Origin: Camelus dromedarius | Taxonomy: Eukaryota | Direction of reading: 5' to 3' | Assembly: GCF_036321535.1 (NCBI RefSeq) | Contig: NC_087436.1 | Span: 39,124,001 to 39,188,000 of the forward strand | DNA: 64,000 nt | Shown: positions 1-12,872 of the stretch, one piece after another | Layout: every line of letters begins with the position of its first letter | Numbering within the stretch: the stretch's first letter is position 1 | Position numbers and translations under genes: made by a program | Notes under the pieces: generated by a model | Databases searched by the model: none | What the model saw: the letters and a program-made list of their open reading frames with translations, nothing else | What the model was told of the DNA's origin: nothing

Positions 1-185
1 ATGACGGGGAATCAGGGCTCAAGGGCCTAAAAACCTACACACAGTGAACGCTCAGTCAGTGCTTGTTGGATGAACTAGCTTTTCACAACACAACGCTGCC
101 TCCCACAAATACTACAGTAGCTCGCAGAGTGCTTCAAAACAAATGCCAGTTAGCTCACCTACAAACCTGCTAGAGAAATCCCATC

Positions 186-342
186 TTTGCTCTTCAAAGT
201 GAGGGTCACAGATACACAGCATTGGAACCACATGGGGACTTGTTAGAACCACAGAATCCCAGCCCTGAACCAGATGAACCAGCACCTGCATTTTGAGGTC
301 CCCTGGGAATTCATATACACATTAGGGTTCAAGGCTGAACTG
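186..342. mobile_element. MER5A-like hAT-Charlie MITE (degenerate)
   Basis: Motifs 'ggacttgttagaaccacagaatcccagccc' and 'cacctgcattttgaggtcccctgggaattcatatacacatt' resemble the recalled MER5A consensus. Confidence 0.6.
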
Positions 343-375
343 TACTAAAGGCTCATCATGCAGTGATGACCTCAT

Positions 376-545
376 AGGATGGTGGTTTGTAACCTTTGGG
401 AAGGTTTTAAGACTCTCTGGAGAGGACTTCCAAAATGCAGAAACCCAGTTTCTACTCCCCTTTCTTCCACAAAAAAACAAATCTTAGGGGCTGGGACATG
501 TGTATCTGCATTTTTAACGAACTCCCCATGGGACCCTGAGACCTG
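376..545. mobile_element. MER5-family hAT-Charlie fragment
   Basis: 'ggtggtttgtaacc...aaaatgcagaaacccag...atctgcatttttaacgaactcccca' matches MER5A/B-type motifs. Confidence 0.5.
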
Positions 546-617
546 TTCTTCGACACAACCTGGCATTATTTTCTATAGATTACTTTAAGGAAATATGTTG
601 GGGGCCAACCATTTCTC

Positions 618-651
618 TGTGTGTGTGTGTCTGTGTGTCTGTGTGTGTGTG
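618..651. repeat. Interrupted (TG)n microsatellite
   Basis: Directly visible TG run with two C interruptions. Confidence 0.95.
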
Positions 652-2061
652 ATAAGAAGGCAGATCTTTACTGAGTGACTTTCTTCCAAGCAACCATATT
701 ATTAATTCTTTAGAGCTTCAAATAACCATACTTTTTAGGAAGACTGGAAGATGAGTTTATGATAATTATTTTAATTTTTTTCATGTCCTTTTATTTTAAC
801 TATATAATTTTTGTGGTTCTGAAAACAAAGATGTTCCAAAGCCAAGACTTCCTGGATTAGAAGTGGTGAACATAATGCAAGCTAAAGTGCTGCTAACACC
901 TGCTTATGGGGAAAAATTATAACCCAGATTTTATCCCCAAGCAGGCAAATAACTAACTCTTCAAAAATATTTTGTGTAGCTTCCAGCCATATAAAAACTT
1001 CAAGTACCATTTGACAATATTTGTGCTAAATGTACAATGCAAATATAACAACACATTCAAATTTTGATTTACTTTAGCGATAATTTTTATTCCCTAACTG
1101 GTCATAAATTTTAACATGATGAAGACAAGGGATTTCCAATTGTTCTTGATTTTCATTTGAAATCAAATATGATGAAATTTCCATTTCCCCTCTATTATTA
1201 CATAAGCCTGAAGCAAAGAAATGGAATTACCAAGTCTTGTTTTATAGGAAAAATTATCTCCACATTAATTAAATTAGTTGAGCATAATATGGCATCTTCT
1301 ACTATTTGAAGGAAATAGAATAGTCAAATGGCAGATAAATATATTAAAGTATTTTAATGGGTTAAAGTTCAGTATAAAAACATTTGGTGTAACTCAAGCA
1401 AACTACACAACAGCCTGTATAAATTATGCTTTTAAAGGGGAAAAAAACATTAATTTCTTGAGATGAGGACTTTACTGATTTTACAAATTGTTTGTAAAAG
1501 AAAATGTAAGCAATATTGAATCTCCTCCTCTTCCCATTAAACAATTTGGATTTGAATGAAAATACAAAATCACCAATTTTTTCCAAAGAAATGGTTCAGC
1601 ACAACATCTCTGTTACTGTTTGATCACATTTGTATTTGCTAAGACTTGCTTTCATTTGGATTTGCTTCAGAGAGAAATAAAAAGCCTTAGTTTTGAAGTC
1701 ATTCAGCCATTCACCAAGTGTCTCCAGGAGCAGGTCTTGTTCTGGGCTTGCCTTCCCCAGACTTGCCCCGAGACCAGGAAGAACTTGGCAAGTGAACCTC
1801 CACCTTAAAAGGTTGGTTATATGGCATGCCCTGATAAACAGAGAATCACCAGGACCCAGAGTGAGAGAGGCACTAAACCCATGATGACTGATCTAATCCA
1901 ACAACAAATTATGTATTAAGCATGTAGTATGTGCAAGGTGCTGAACTCTGAAAAAATATGGAGATGTTTATGGTAGAGTTCTTAAATAGAGCTCAAGAAG
2001 TGGAAAGCTGTTGCATTGTCTGCTGCAAAATTTAGTCTCCCATTTCTGAGTTTCATTTATT

Positions 2062-2158
2062 TGTCTCTCCTTCCTCTCCCCTCTTTCTTTCCCTTTCCTC
2101 CATTCTCTTCCCCCTCTTCCTTCCTCCTCTCACTCTTCCTCCTTCTCTCTCTCTCTCA
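2062..2158. repeat. CT-rich low-complexity polypyrimidine tract
   Basis: About 95 bp almost entirely C/T, ending in (CT)n. Confidence 0.9.
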
Positions 2159-4143
2159 TAATGATATCTCCTACAAATTCTCCATGGGCTACAATTATAG
2201 TTGATGGACTAAATCTACTTGTCATTAATAAGAGTGTGGAAAGAAGTTTCTTGTGCTTGAGTCTACATCTAAGATCCATTCCCACAGATTCCTTTTTTAA
2301 CACACTTACACTTGACAAGTTGATATTCCTTGAAACAAAATACGCACAGCAAAAGTCTGAGATGATGTTGTTAGCATCATCTATATATAGCATCAGCTTA
2401 AAAGTACGTAAGCTATATGTTCTGTCTGTACCCCAAAATCAGTGTTAAAAAATTGAAATCCAGATTAAAATAGGAAGCTATGACTGGAGGAAATATGAAC
2501 TGACACTCCTGCATTAAGAGCTAAGATAGAAGCACGAAGAAGATCCAGGCCATGGGTAGCCTGATGCTGGTGATCAGTACAGTATTGTGCTGTGCTTTAC
2601 AAAATCCAAACTGAATTACGGATTTGGTTCTGAGTAGTGCAACTGTTTGCTAATAAAATGATAAATGGAACATTATGAAATCTAGATTTTGGCTTATGCC
2701 GTAATAAGGCTTTAGATACAAACCTAAGCACTTTATTCAGTCTCTATTGTTCAATAATTTAAAACCAAGCTCTTGGTAAAAATGGTATTACTTTCTGTTT
2801 TTTTAATATTTTATTATGACTTTTCTCCGTATACCCTCCATTTTTAAAAATGTTACTAGTAAAATAGAAGTGTGCCTTCTCATATACTTTTGGGTTTTTG
2901 GTTTGTTTTAGGAGTTTTCTGGCTTCTCCTTATCTCCTTTCGTGTGTGTGTGTGTGTAGAGAGAAATATCTAGAAGGGGACCGACAATACACCATCTTCC
3001 TATGTGGTACAAAAAGCCAAATGCATTTCCTAATGTAATGTCCATTACCCTTAGAAGCCCACAGATGAAATATTTTTAAAAACCCAGTAAAATAGTGAAG
3101 CAACATGGCAAGACACTAGGGGATCAAAAGAAACATGAAATAATCCAGGTGGCCACAAAAATTGTTATAAGCATACAATAGAGAAAAGCTTGGTTGATAA
3201 TAAATGTAGATTGAAAGACAAATAGTAATTAGGGAGACAGTGTGTGTTGCAATATGCTGCCTACAGCAGATTACTCTAGCTCTCACAGCTAAACGGGAAA
3301 GCTATTAACATAACAGAGCAGTTGCTAACAGATGTATCTGTTATAAAAATAAAATATTACAAGGATTATAAAGAAAATTACAAATTAACAGCAATCATGT
3401 TTTGGGGGATTACCTAAAATTCAATTCTTTATTTTATATACAGATACTAGTGATGCTCACTAGGTCTCAATTTATTAATTTCTCCTTTAATATTGACATT
3501 TTTTGATGGAATAAGTACCTCAAATTGTGAAGCTGTCATATTTTTTCCCAATATGCATTCTTTTATTTTCCTTGTAAGACTGCCTAAGAATTTGGCAGTC
3601 ACATGATTTCTTTCAGTTAACCCCAAGGCTTCCATGAACATTCCTAGAGCTTAGAGCCAAAGAAGTAGTCCTGGAATTTCAGATATTAAAGCTTTCTTCA
3701 GAGACAGAAGTTTTTGTGATATTTGGGTAATAAAACACAAATTTGGTGGATCATTTGTATTCTAGTTAAAGGACCTTAGTCTGCTCCTAAGAATGTTGTG
3801 CTTTCTTTTTGATGAACACTCTGATTCCATCTTGAGCAACTTCTTCATCAGAATCTTTTTTTGTCTTCATATAATGTAACATATTTGAAAAGGCAAATGG
3901 TTAGGCTGTCAACTGTCACACCTTCATGTTCAGTCTTAACTTTAAGTTTTGAATTCTTTACCACTGACAGTGTCAGGGTGAGTGTGGCTTGAGGGAGTTG
4001 CTGTGCTGCTTCCCCTTACCCTCAGCTCAGAGCCTCCTCTTGCTAAAGAAGCTGACACCTTTGCCTTTCTAGAGCCCCAGGGCCTCTGGCCAAAAGCACA
4101 GACACCCTTTCCCTCCACAGACAGAGTGAGCCAGGTCGTTATT

Positions 4144-4169
4144 TTTGTTTGTTTGTTTGTTTGTTTGTT
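4144..4169. repeat. (TTTG)n microsatellite
   Basis: Directly visible. Confidence 0.9.
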
Positions 4170-5029
4170 ATCAAACAATTTATTATCTTTGTGGAATATA
4201 CTATGGTTGCTAGATGTTCCAACTGGATATGTGTTCTTAGACTAACTTGGTGTTAGTGTTATTTCAAACAATTGTTCTCAGCAATGCTATTTGCACATAT
4301 TGTTTTCCAAAGGTAGCTATTTTCTATTTTAAAACTTGCTTTGTTCTGAAGAAAAGTGATTTTTAATAGTTCTACAAACAGGCAGACTTAGACTTAGTGA
4401 CTGAGAACACTAAAAGTCAGGAATTGAGAAAGCCAAGAAGCAACATAATTTGTTCTGTAGAATTCCCTAATGACTCAGGAATTTGTGGGAACAGTTCCTT
4501 CTTGAACCAAGGATGAGGGTAGGGAAGAAAACAGGAAGACTCATTGAAAGCTATTTAAGAAGACATTAGAGGGGGAAAAAAAGACATGAGAACCTCCCAA
4601 TACCATTTCCTATTCCCCACAGCCAAGCAAATGTCCTTTAGTCACCCTATAGGACACCAGCACATTTGAGGGTGGCTGTACCATAGGGTTTACCATTCAC
4701 TTTTACTTAAGTGAGGGATTAACTACTAGATCTTAAGACAGACCCCACCCCCAGCCACGCTCCTGCCTGGGCTCCCAGAACTCTGGCAGCTGGACTTTAT
4801 ACCCTTCTGGAAGGAGATTATGCGATTCTGATTAGATAGTTAATTAGGTATTAGGGTTTTACCAAAAAATGGCCCCACCTACTCACCTACAATGAGCCAA
4901 TAGCCAGAAATTGGTCTTCTAAAGGAAAGCCTCTATTATGTATTTTATATATATATAAATAAATATATATTATAATAAAGACCAAAACAAGCAAAAAGCA
5001 AACATGCAAACTATGCCAGGAGAGGACAA

Positions 5030-6595
5030 AATCAAATAATCTATCACTAATATCTCCAGAGTGATACGAAATTCATGAAACAGAATGGGATGATATAGAA
5101 AACAATGGTAGACTCTTGGCAATTAAAAATAACTCAGCAGAAATAAATAGCTCAGTAGAGAATTTGTAAAATAATGTTGAAGAAGTTGTCTAGAGTGTCT
5201 TAGAACCTACCAGGTTTAAATAGCAAGACAGCGGGAGGGAAACAGCTCAGTAGTAGAGCACATGCTTAGTACGCCTGGGGTCCTGGGTTCAATTCCCAGT
5301 ACCACAATAAATAAATAAATGAATAAATAAATAAATAGCAAGACAAAGAGATGAAAACAGAGGGGAAAAGCTAAGAAAGTTAGGCAATGCATACTGATGG
5401 TCCAATGTATAAATAATAGAATTTCAGAATGAGAAAACAAGAGAATGAGATAAGTTTTATCTCAATTCATCAAATAAGTAATTCAAGAAGTTTTCCATAA
5501 TTGAAGGACAATTTTTCTAAACTAAAAAGATCCATACAACAGGTAGAAAATACACCCAAACCAAGACACATCATCATGAAATTTCACAAAAAGATCTTGT
5601 AAGTTTTCAAGAGAAAAAGTTACATACAAGGGATCAAGAAATCAGAATGGCTTTGGACTTCACAACAACACTGGAAACTAAAATACAAACTAATACCTTT
5701 ACAATTCTGAGAAAATATTTCCAGCCTAGAATGTTCTACCTAGATAAATTATCAATGAAGTTTGAGGCTAGAATAAAGATACTGTCAAATACCAGATCTC
5801 AAAAAACTTAGCTTTCATCACCCTTTCTTAGGAAGCAACTAGAGGATGAGTGCTATGAAAATGAGGAAGAAATACAAGAAAAAGGGAGACATGGGATCTA
5901 GGAAACAGGGGATCAACTCAAGAGAGAGGAAAGGTAATCTCTAGGATGATTAAGAAGGAAGATTCCAGGAACTAGGTGTGTCCCTGGCAAAGACAGCTAC
6001 CAGTCCAAATTAGAACAGGTCAGAAGACTCTAGGAAAGATGTCTTCAAAACAGACGATACTCGTAGAGTTCCTAATATGTTTTAAAATATCAGGAGGATT
6101 GTTTATACAGATGGAGAGAGTTTGGGGTTAAGTTAATGACAAATACTTAGAAAACTAAAAAGAAAAGATGACTGTTAATTCTAAGGTGAAAAAAATGGTA
6201 AAAGAAATGAAAAAGTACTCATAGCATACTATATGCTTAGGTTCATAATCTAAGCACTGACTATTGATTCAATCAAAATATGACACAATTTTATTGGGCA
6301 GATGGAGGAGGGACAAACGGGAAATATGTGAGCAAGGAGTAGGGAGGGGTGACGAAGCTATGATCTTCATTTTCCATAGTGGTAAGCAAAAGGATGTTTA
6401 CAATTGAACAATTAAAGAAAGAAATAGAACAGTAAGTGTATCTTAGAAATAAGAAGGAAAACAGCCAAAGGTTAAAATGTTCCCTTTGGGAAATCCAGAT
6501 TTGATGGTTTTTATCACAAGCCTTTTAGTAATATTTGACTCTTTAAACTAGATACATGTAATTTTGATAAAGATTAAAAATTAAATTTAAAAAAG
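5030..6595 (+). mobile_element. HAL1 (half-L1) element, decayed ORF1-like region plus 3' end
   Basis: L1-ORF1-like DNA ('ccaagacacatcatcatgaaatttc', 'atcagaatggctttggacttc', 'ttccagcctagaat') runs, without ORF2, into HAL1-type 'ggagacatgggatctaggaaacaggggatc' and the 3' end 'atttgactctttaaactagatacatgtaattttgataaag' plus an A-rich tail. Interrupted by a SINE at 5231. Confidence 0.75.
5231..5332 (+). mobile_element. Camelid tRNA-Ala-derived SINE (Vic-1 type, short form)
   Basis: tRNA-like head with A box (cagctcagtagtagag) and B box (ggttcaattcc), (AAAT)n tail, perfect 13-bp TSD AAATAGCAAGACA at 5218-5230 and 5333-5345, TT/AAA insertion site. Confidence 0.9.
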
Positions 6596-7049
6596 CTTTA
6601 TGGCTTTTCCCCCCACATTTCTGTATTTTTAATACTCTGGTTCCCAGGTATACTGGATTCAAGTAACTTGTGACTCTAAACTTTGTGTAAATAAAGGTTG
6701 TCTTGATTTACTCAGCATTCTACTGTAGACTATTAAATAATCTATGGGATTTATGGCCATGTAAGATTAACCACTTAACTAATTCTTCAGTGAACAATGA
6801 GTTTCTAGTTAAGGAAAATATTTAAGAGCTGTTTTTATTTCAGTATCTGTCCCTAATCTACCAACCAGTATCAAAACATGAGTATTTATGAATATAAACA
6901 TGTGCTTGTGCTTTATATATAAAAGACTGTATTCCATCTAAGATTTTGAGGTGAAGAAGCAATTTATCTTTCTCTTTTCCGTTTTTTTTTTTTTTCATTC
7001 CTGGCCAATTGATCCATTCTTCCTTTAACTGTACATGGAAGGGCCAGGA

Positions 7050-7118
7050 GGGTGCACAATTTCAAGGGGCACACATCACATTAGATACATGTTAATGACA
7101 TCCCCTATGGGGCACAAA
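7050..7118. mobile_element. MER91A-like palindromic hAT MITE core
   Basis: 'gtgcacaatttcaaggggcacacatcacattagatacatgttaatgacatcccct' resembles the recalled MER91A central fold-back. Confidence 0.45.
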
Positions 7119-8339
7119 GTCAAGGACAAACAAATGGTGGGTATGAAATGGGAGTGACTTTTGACCTACTGAGAGTAAAGTGTAAGGGTACAAAGAAAAC
7201 CACTGTGGAATAAAAATTCTACAATGGGGAGCTCACATAAAATTCACTTCACTCCACTCATTTCAAACCCTAGGCCTAACAGACTTGTGCCCCAGTGAAT
7301 GACTTCAGAGTTTTGTTGTTTAGAGATTTTCTAGATTTATGTCTCCACAGCAGTTGAGAGAGAAGGAAGGGAGGGAGGGAGGGGAAAAGGGAGAAAGAAC
7401 AAGAAGACACAGACCTTCCATGCAAATGATATAATTGAATTCTAAAGGTGGAATGAAATGTTTTAATTAGTTCAACTTGCTGATCTTTGCTTCCTCTCCC
7501 TCCGGTCCTCCTCCTTTCTCCCCTCCCCTTTCTCCTGGAATCCAGCCCTGGCAACTCGGACAGTGATGAGGTCATAGGCTCCAAAATATGGCCATGGTAT
7601 GAAGGCAGCAGCACAAATTTTTAAGCAGCATTTCAGCACCACGCCGCACAGCCTAGAAGGGAACCTTGTGTAATGTGAGCAACTATGAGCTTGTGCTATT
7701 TTATTAATCCAGGGTGGCGATCCCTGGGGCTTGCATTACCTGTGTGTGTGTGTGTCTGTCTTCTGCAGTCTCCTATTTTATATGGCAGTCATCAAGAAGT
7801 CTTCCTTTTCTTAGGTATGCCAAAAGGAGAGTGGAGATAACCCATATTAACCCGAACTCTAGGGCTCTCACCTATGAGCAAGGTCTCTGACATTAAAAGC
7901 AAAGAAAGATTGAAATGAGGATGACCTCTGACATCCCCTACTTCCAGACTGGCCTCTGTATGTGTCAGTTTCTTGCTTCTTATCACCTCATTAAGTCACC
8001 AAACCTTGCTACCTGGAAGGAAAGATTGATGGAGTGATAATGGGGTGGCTCTTGCCACACTGCAGCCAGTGCTCTTACATTTGCTTATTAAAGGAGCCTG
8101 GCTTTTCCTGCAGGTGGACCCAGATTCTGGCACTCCTTTCCGTTAACGGGCCATGTTCCAAACCTCTTATCTTTTCCCTTACCAGATCTTTCAGAGGAAA
8201 TACAACTTCTTGGGCCAGAACACGGTGGCATTTAACATCTCTACTTCAAAACCTCTTAAAATACCAGGCAGTGCAGAAGCTTGAAGATAGTAGTAGATTA
8301 GAAGAAAATTCTTCTCTGTGTTTAGACTCTACCCTGGGT

Positions 8340-8610
8340 TTCCCAGAACATCCATCCTGTCTTCAAATCTGATTTTCCCTTCAGAACCCAGACAAAATGG
8401 CTGCTCCTCCTTCATGAAGCCCTTTGCCTGATTATTCCACTTTACCTTCCAGGCAGGAGTGTCTGCAGTCTATGAACTCATGAAAAATGACTTTGAATTC
8501 TCTTCTGGCATTTATAACTTTTATTTTAATTATTAGAAAACACATGATCTCCACTCCTAAGTTGTATCTTCATGAAAACAGGAACCTTGTTTAATTTCCT
8601 TACTATCTGA
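8340..8610 (+). mobile_element. L2 3' fragment
   Basis: 'cttcagaacccagacaaaatggctgctcctccttcatgaagccctt' and 'aaaacaggaaccttgt' are typical L2 3' motifs. Confidence 0.55.
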
Positions 8611-8624
8611 TGTGGTAAATTAGT

Positions 8625-9140
8625 AACAACAATAACCATAGTTAGACCATTTGCCATACATACATTATGCCTAACCCTCACAACAACCAGAAGAGTCAAG
8701 GACTATTAAGTCCATTTTGCAGAAGAAGAAAGTAAGTCTCTGAGATGATAAGTGGCTTGCCCAGGATCACACTGTCAGAAACTGGCCTGCATTTATTTCA
8801 CTGAACCTACATTTCAACCAGAATCTGTCCTCTTCACACTATGTTACAAATTAGAAGGGGGAAAAAAAAAAAGAAGGAAATAAAGAGGGAGGGAGAAAAG
8901 GAGAGAAGAAAAAGTTAAAATCTCAGGCTTTTACCCATTTACTGAAATAATACTTAACAGACTCCCTGAGTTGTGAGAGATTGAAGGAATTTAACACAGC
9001 CCATCCTCTATTTTTTACGCAGAGAATAACTGAGATCAGAGAGGTTAAGATCCCTGGTCAAGGTTGCACAGGTAGTGACAAAGCTGGGACTAATGCAGAC
9101 CTTCAGGATCTTATCTCCAATTCCCAAGTTCCTTTACATC
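8625..9140 (-). mobile_element. Two MIR/MIR3 SINE fragments (about 8625-8845 and 8970-9140)
   Basis: CORE-SINE motifs 'ccattttgcagaagaagaaagtaag...ttgcccaggatcacac' and 'ttttacgcagagaataactgagatcagagaggttaag'. Confidence 0.75.
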
Positions 9141-10282
9141 CTCTATAAGATGTAACTTTTAAGCAGGCACTAAAACATTAAGACATTTAAAACAAGATAG
9201 CAATTCACAGACATATAAGCTTGTTTGTTTAAACTTTTGTTTAAGTCCTCCAGCTGCTAAGAAGCAAAAATTTGAATTTCTATAAGTTTTCTTGAAAAAT
9301 TTTCTCATCTCCAACCAGAAAGGATAATAAATAAATATACAAGATCAAATAATTCTTTTCTGTTGGTTCACCAAAAAGAAAATATGCCTTTAAAATATCC
9401 TTCACTACTTACCAGTCATAACAATACAAATAGTGAATGCTTCATCTGTGAGCACCCTGCTAAATGCATACTTTTGAACAGCACAAAGGCAGCAAAGTTT
9501 AGACTATGACCCAGCCAGAGAGGTGTTGGTATTAAAAATCCATATATATTTAGGGCCATGTTCAGGGCCTTGTAATTTCCCCCAATTAGCTGATATATAC
9601 TTTCAGAAAAATGTGTTCAGCAAGCATGGGCAGTTGACCAAGTGCTAGATGACTCCCAAATCTAAAAGGCAGAACTGTGTGCTTTTATAAGTCCATGCCA
9701 GTACCCCTACCCCCATCCTCCTCAGAATCCTGATACTGTCTCCTCCAGGAAGCATTCCTCTTCTTCCTAAATTCCTTCCCCCTTCATCTGAGGCAAAATG
9801 CATTGTAGCAGGAATCTGGACATCTAAGATCTTGGGAATAAGGGAAAGGGGGCTGCCTCTGAAAGTGAATTCTAAGATCAACAGCAGCAGATAAAAACAG
9901 GAATTTTCAAAGTTACTTTAGATAAATGGGCTAAAAACAGACCAGAGCAGTCTAATGGAAGGTATTAATATCTAAGGAAAGAATGTGTCTTTCTGAAGCA
10001 GTTGTCCGGAAATAGAAATTAGAAAAGGGTAGGAGGCAGACAGTGCCCATAAAAGCACTGCCCAGGGGAGAAGGTATCCAGATGAAGGGCTTGATCGCAC
10101 AGTAACAGGTGCATCCGACTGTGGAGGTGAGTGCTGCAGGCGCCCACAGTTGAATCTTTGAATTCACCCTCTTTGTTCTGATTCCACACACAAAGCCAGT
10201 TTTTCATAACAATGTGGTTTTTAAGGGAAGATACAGCACTGGCTAGAAGATGAAAATACTCAGTTTTCTTGTCAATGTGTTT

Positions 10283-10433
10283 TTGTTTGTTAGTTTTTTG
10301 GGGGGGAGAGGGGTAGGTAATTAGGTTTGTTTGTTTGTTTGTTTGTTTGTTTGTTTATTTAAATGAAGGTACTGGGGATTGAACCCAGGACCTCGTGCAT
10401 GCTAAGCATGCACTCTACCACTAAGCTATACCC
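10283..10433 (-). mobile_element. Camelid tRNA-Ala-derived SINE (Vic-1 type, long form)
   Basis: Minus strand reads gggtatagcttagtggtagagtgcatgcttagcatgcacgaggtcctgggttcaatccccagtacc, then (AAAC)n, 'cctaattacc', a C-run and an A-rich tail. Candidate 7-bp TSD TGTGTTT at 10276-10282 and 10434-10440. Confidence 0.9.
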
Positions 10434-11407
10434 TGTGTTTCTGACCTCTCTCTAAAGGAAGAAATCAGAATTCCAGCTTACCCTTAGTCTTGGTCTTTAG
10501 GAGCATGAGTTAGTATCCCCAGATCAGGTTGCTGCTTGAACAATGACAAGATTGTTTCAGAATCTGGATAATTGAGAGTCAGGCCCTGAACTATGTGAAA
10601 TTTACACAGATCAGGCCACCTTCAAGAGACCTTTTGTCAGCCAGTCAGTCAAACTTCCCCTCCCTCGTTATATCTTCTTTCAGATTTCAACCAGAATTGA
10701 CTGACTTCTCTGACCACAGATAGACATTCATAGATCTCTCTCTCTCTCTCTCTCTGAGCATATTTTATGCCTGGTATTATGTTTACTTTTACTGTAAGAA
10801 AGTGTATCTCCTTGAGGGCAGGTATTATTTTATTTTGTTTATTCAATTGTTTTTTAGTGTCAATATAGAAATGAATAAGATACAATCATATATTATCTAT
10901 ACGCTCGCTAGTAGGGATGACAGACAGAAAAACAAGTTATACGTGTAAAAAGCAATAATAAAAGTGTGTATAAAGTACTGAAGTATTGCAAAAGAGGGAG
11001 AGATGAGCCATGCTGGGAAGGCTCCTGGAGGAGGTGATGTCTGAATTGGATTGTGGAGAAGAAATAAAACTTCAGAAGACTAGAAAGGGAAAGAGTATTC
11101 AAAACAAAAGGGAAAACATGTGCAAAGGCAGAAAAGTGTGAAATGACCTGGGAACCAAAACACAGCTCAGTATCGCAGGAGTGTGACGTGCAAGGGAGAA
11201 GGTCACACGAGACCGAGATCTGAGACTGGGTGGGCAGGGAGAGAGGAAAGATTCGTGTATGCCCCAGATAGAGTTTGGACTTTCCACTGCAGATGACTGA
11301 AGCTAGCAAAAAAGACTGGGTCAGATTTGTAAAGATGTCTTTAGATGGAAAGAGGTGAGACAGAAAATAGGAACATTAGATAGATAAACAGAGGAACAGA
11401 TAGATAG

Positions 11408-11744
11408 TGTTAAATTAATTACACAAGGAGGCCATTAAACTGAGGTGGCTCTGATGCTGTGGCCACCTACATAATCAAACCAAAACCTAAGCCTGTAATG
11501 CCTCAAATTTACAACATCAAAACACTAAGGACAAGCAATCACAAACAGCCAACCAGGCTTTTAAGTTATAGCCAATCAGTAATTTCCTATCTTTGCTTCT
11601 GCACCTTCTCTGTTTGTCCTTCCCCTGGCTCCTGTTGGAGGGTATGCTCCTAACCACTTCTGGTTTGGCACTGCCCAACTGGAATCTATACATGTTCAAG
11701 TAAACTCGTAAAAGTTTCAATATGCCTCAGTTTACCTTTTAACA
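11408..11744 (+). mobile_element. Solo LTR, ERV1 class (337 bp)
   Basis: Terminal inverted repeats TGTTAAA...TTTAACA, perfect 4-bp TSD ATAG (11404-11407 and 11745-11748), internal CCAAT box 'agccaatcag', AGTAAA poly(A)-signal variant near the 3' end. Confidence 0.85.
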
Positions 11745-11801
11745 ATAGGTAGGGAGATTGATTGATAGATAGGGAAAGAAGGCATATGGAAAAGTCCAGA
11801 C

Positions 11802-12111
11802 CAGCACTGGCAAATAGAAATAGAAGATGAACCACAAATGCAGACCACATGCCACATGAGTAACTTTAAATTTTCCAGTAGCCACATTAAAAACATAAAA
11901 AGAAACAGTGAAACAAATTTCGATAGTGTATTTATTCCAATATTTCCCAAATTTCTTTTCAACATGTAATCAATATAAAAAATCATTAATGAGATCACTT
12001 ACATTCTCTTTTCATCCTAAATCTTTGCAACCTGGTGTGTATTTTATATTTACAGTGCCTCTCAATTCAAACTAGCCACAGTTCACGTGTTTAACATACT
12101 GAACAGCACTG
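11802..12111. mobile_element. MER33-like hAT-Charlie MITE
   Basis: Ends 'cagcactggcaaatagaa' and 'gaacagcactg', internal 'taactttaaattttccagtagccacattaaaaa', degenerate 8-bp TSD gtccagac/gttctgac. Confidence 0.85.
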
Positions 12112-12384
12112 GTTCTGACAATGCATGACGAGGCAGTGACTCATGTGGGAATGGGAAGGAAGGGATACATTTATAGTATATTTATAACATGAATTTGACA
12201 GAAATTCAGGACTGATTTATGTCAAATGAAACACTCATTGAATATAAACTTTTCCAGTTTGGAGAATCTTGCTGGATGACAGTTCCATCAGCCAAGCCAG
12301 GGAAGGAAGTTTAGGGAAAATGAGATGATGAATTTGTCTGGGACTTCCAAATCTGAGGCATGTGCAGCACATCGTGCCTGGTGG

Positions 12385-12872
12385 GTATAATAATGCCAAC
12401 AAGCCTTTACCACATAATGCTTCCGCGTTTCAAACTCTATTCTAAGAGCTTTTCATATACAAACACATTTAATCCTCAAAACAACACTACAAAATAGCTA
12501 CTACCACTATCACCCACATTACAAATGAGAAAACTGAGGTACAGAGAGAATAAGTCACTTAGCACAGGCCTCATTTTACCACTTATCAGGAGACAGAGCA
12601 AAGATTTAAACCCAGGCAGTTTGGTTCCAGGGTCAAAGTTTACAATAACACATTGTACAGCCACTCTAAAAGCAGGGCCTATGGAATCAGACAAGTCTGG
12701 ATTCAAATAAATCCTCCGTCACTAATTGTGTGACTTTGAGCAAACATATTAATCATTGGTTTTCTCTTCTGTAAAATGGGTTGTTGAGAGGCATGACTGG
12801 CATAATATATAAAAAATGTTCATCACAGCAATGGTTACACAACAAATAGTAAATAGTAGCTGCTGTTATTAT
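12385..12872. mobile_element. Two adjacent opposite-orientation MIRs (about 12385-12665 minus, 12670-12872 plus)
   Basis: 'tttaatcctcaaaacaac...attacaaatgagaaaactgaggtacagagag' followed by 'ctggattcaaat...tgtgtgactttgagcaa...tctgtaaaatggg'. Confidence 0.8.

Noticed and set aside
7590..7790. CArG-like and MEF2-like motifs (ccaaaatatgg, cctattttatatgg)
   Set aside because: Spacing does not fit CC(A/T)6GG or YTA(A/T)4TAR.
10060..10135. Plus-strand donor GAG|gtgagt after a short open frame
   Set aside because: No convincing acceptor upstream and an in-frame TAG.
10364..10433. tRNA-Ala(AGC) gene
   Set aside because: Followed by the SINE-type tail and flanked by a candidate TSD, with a degraded acceptor stem, so it is called a SINE.
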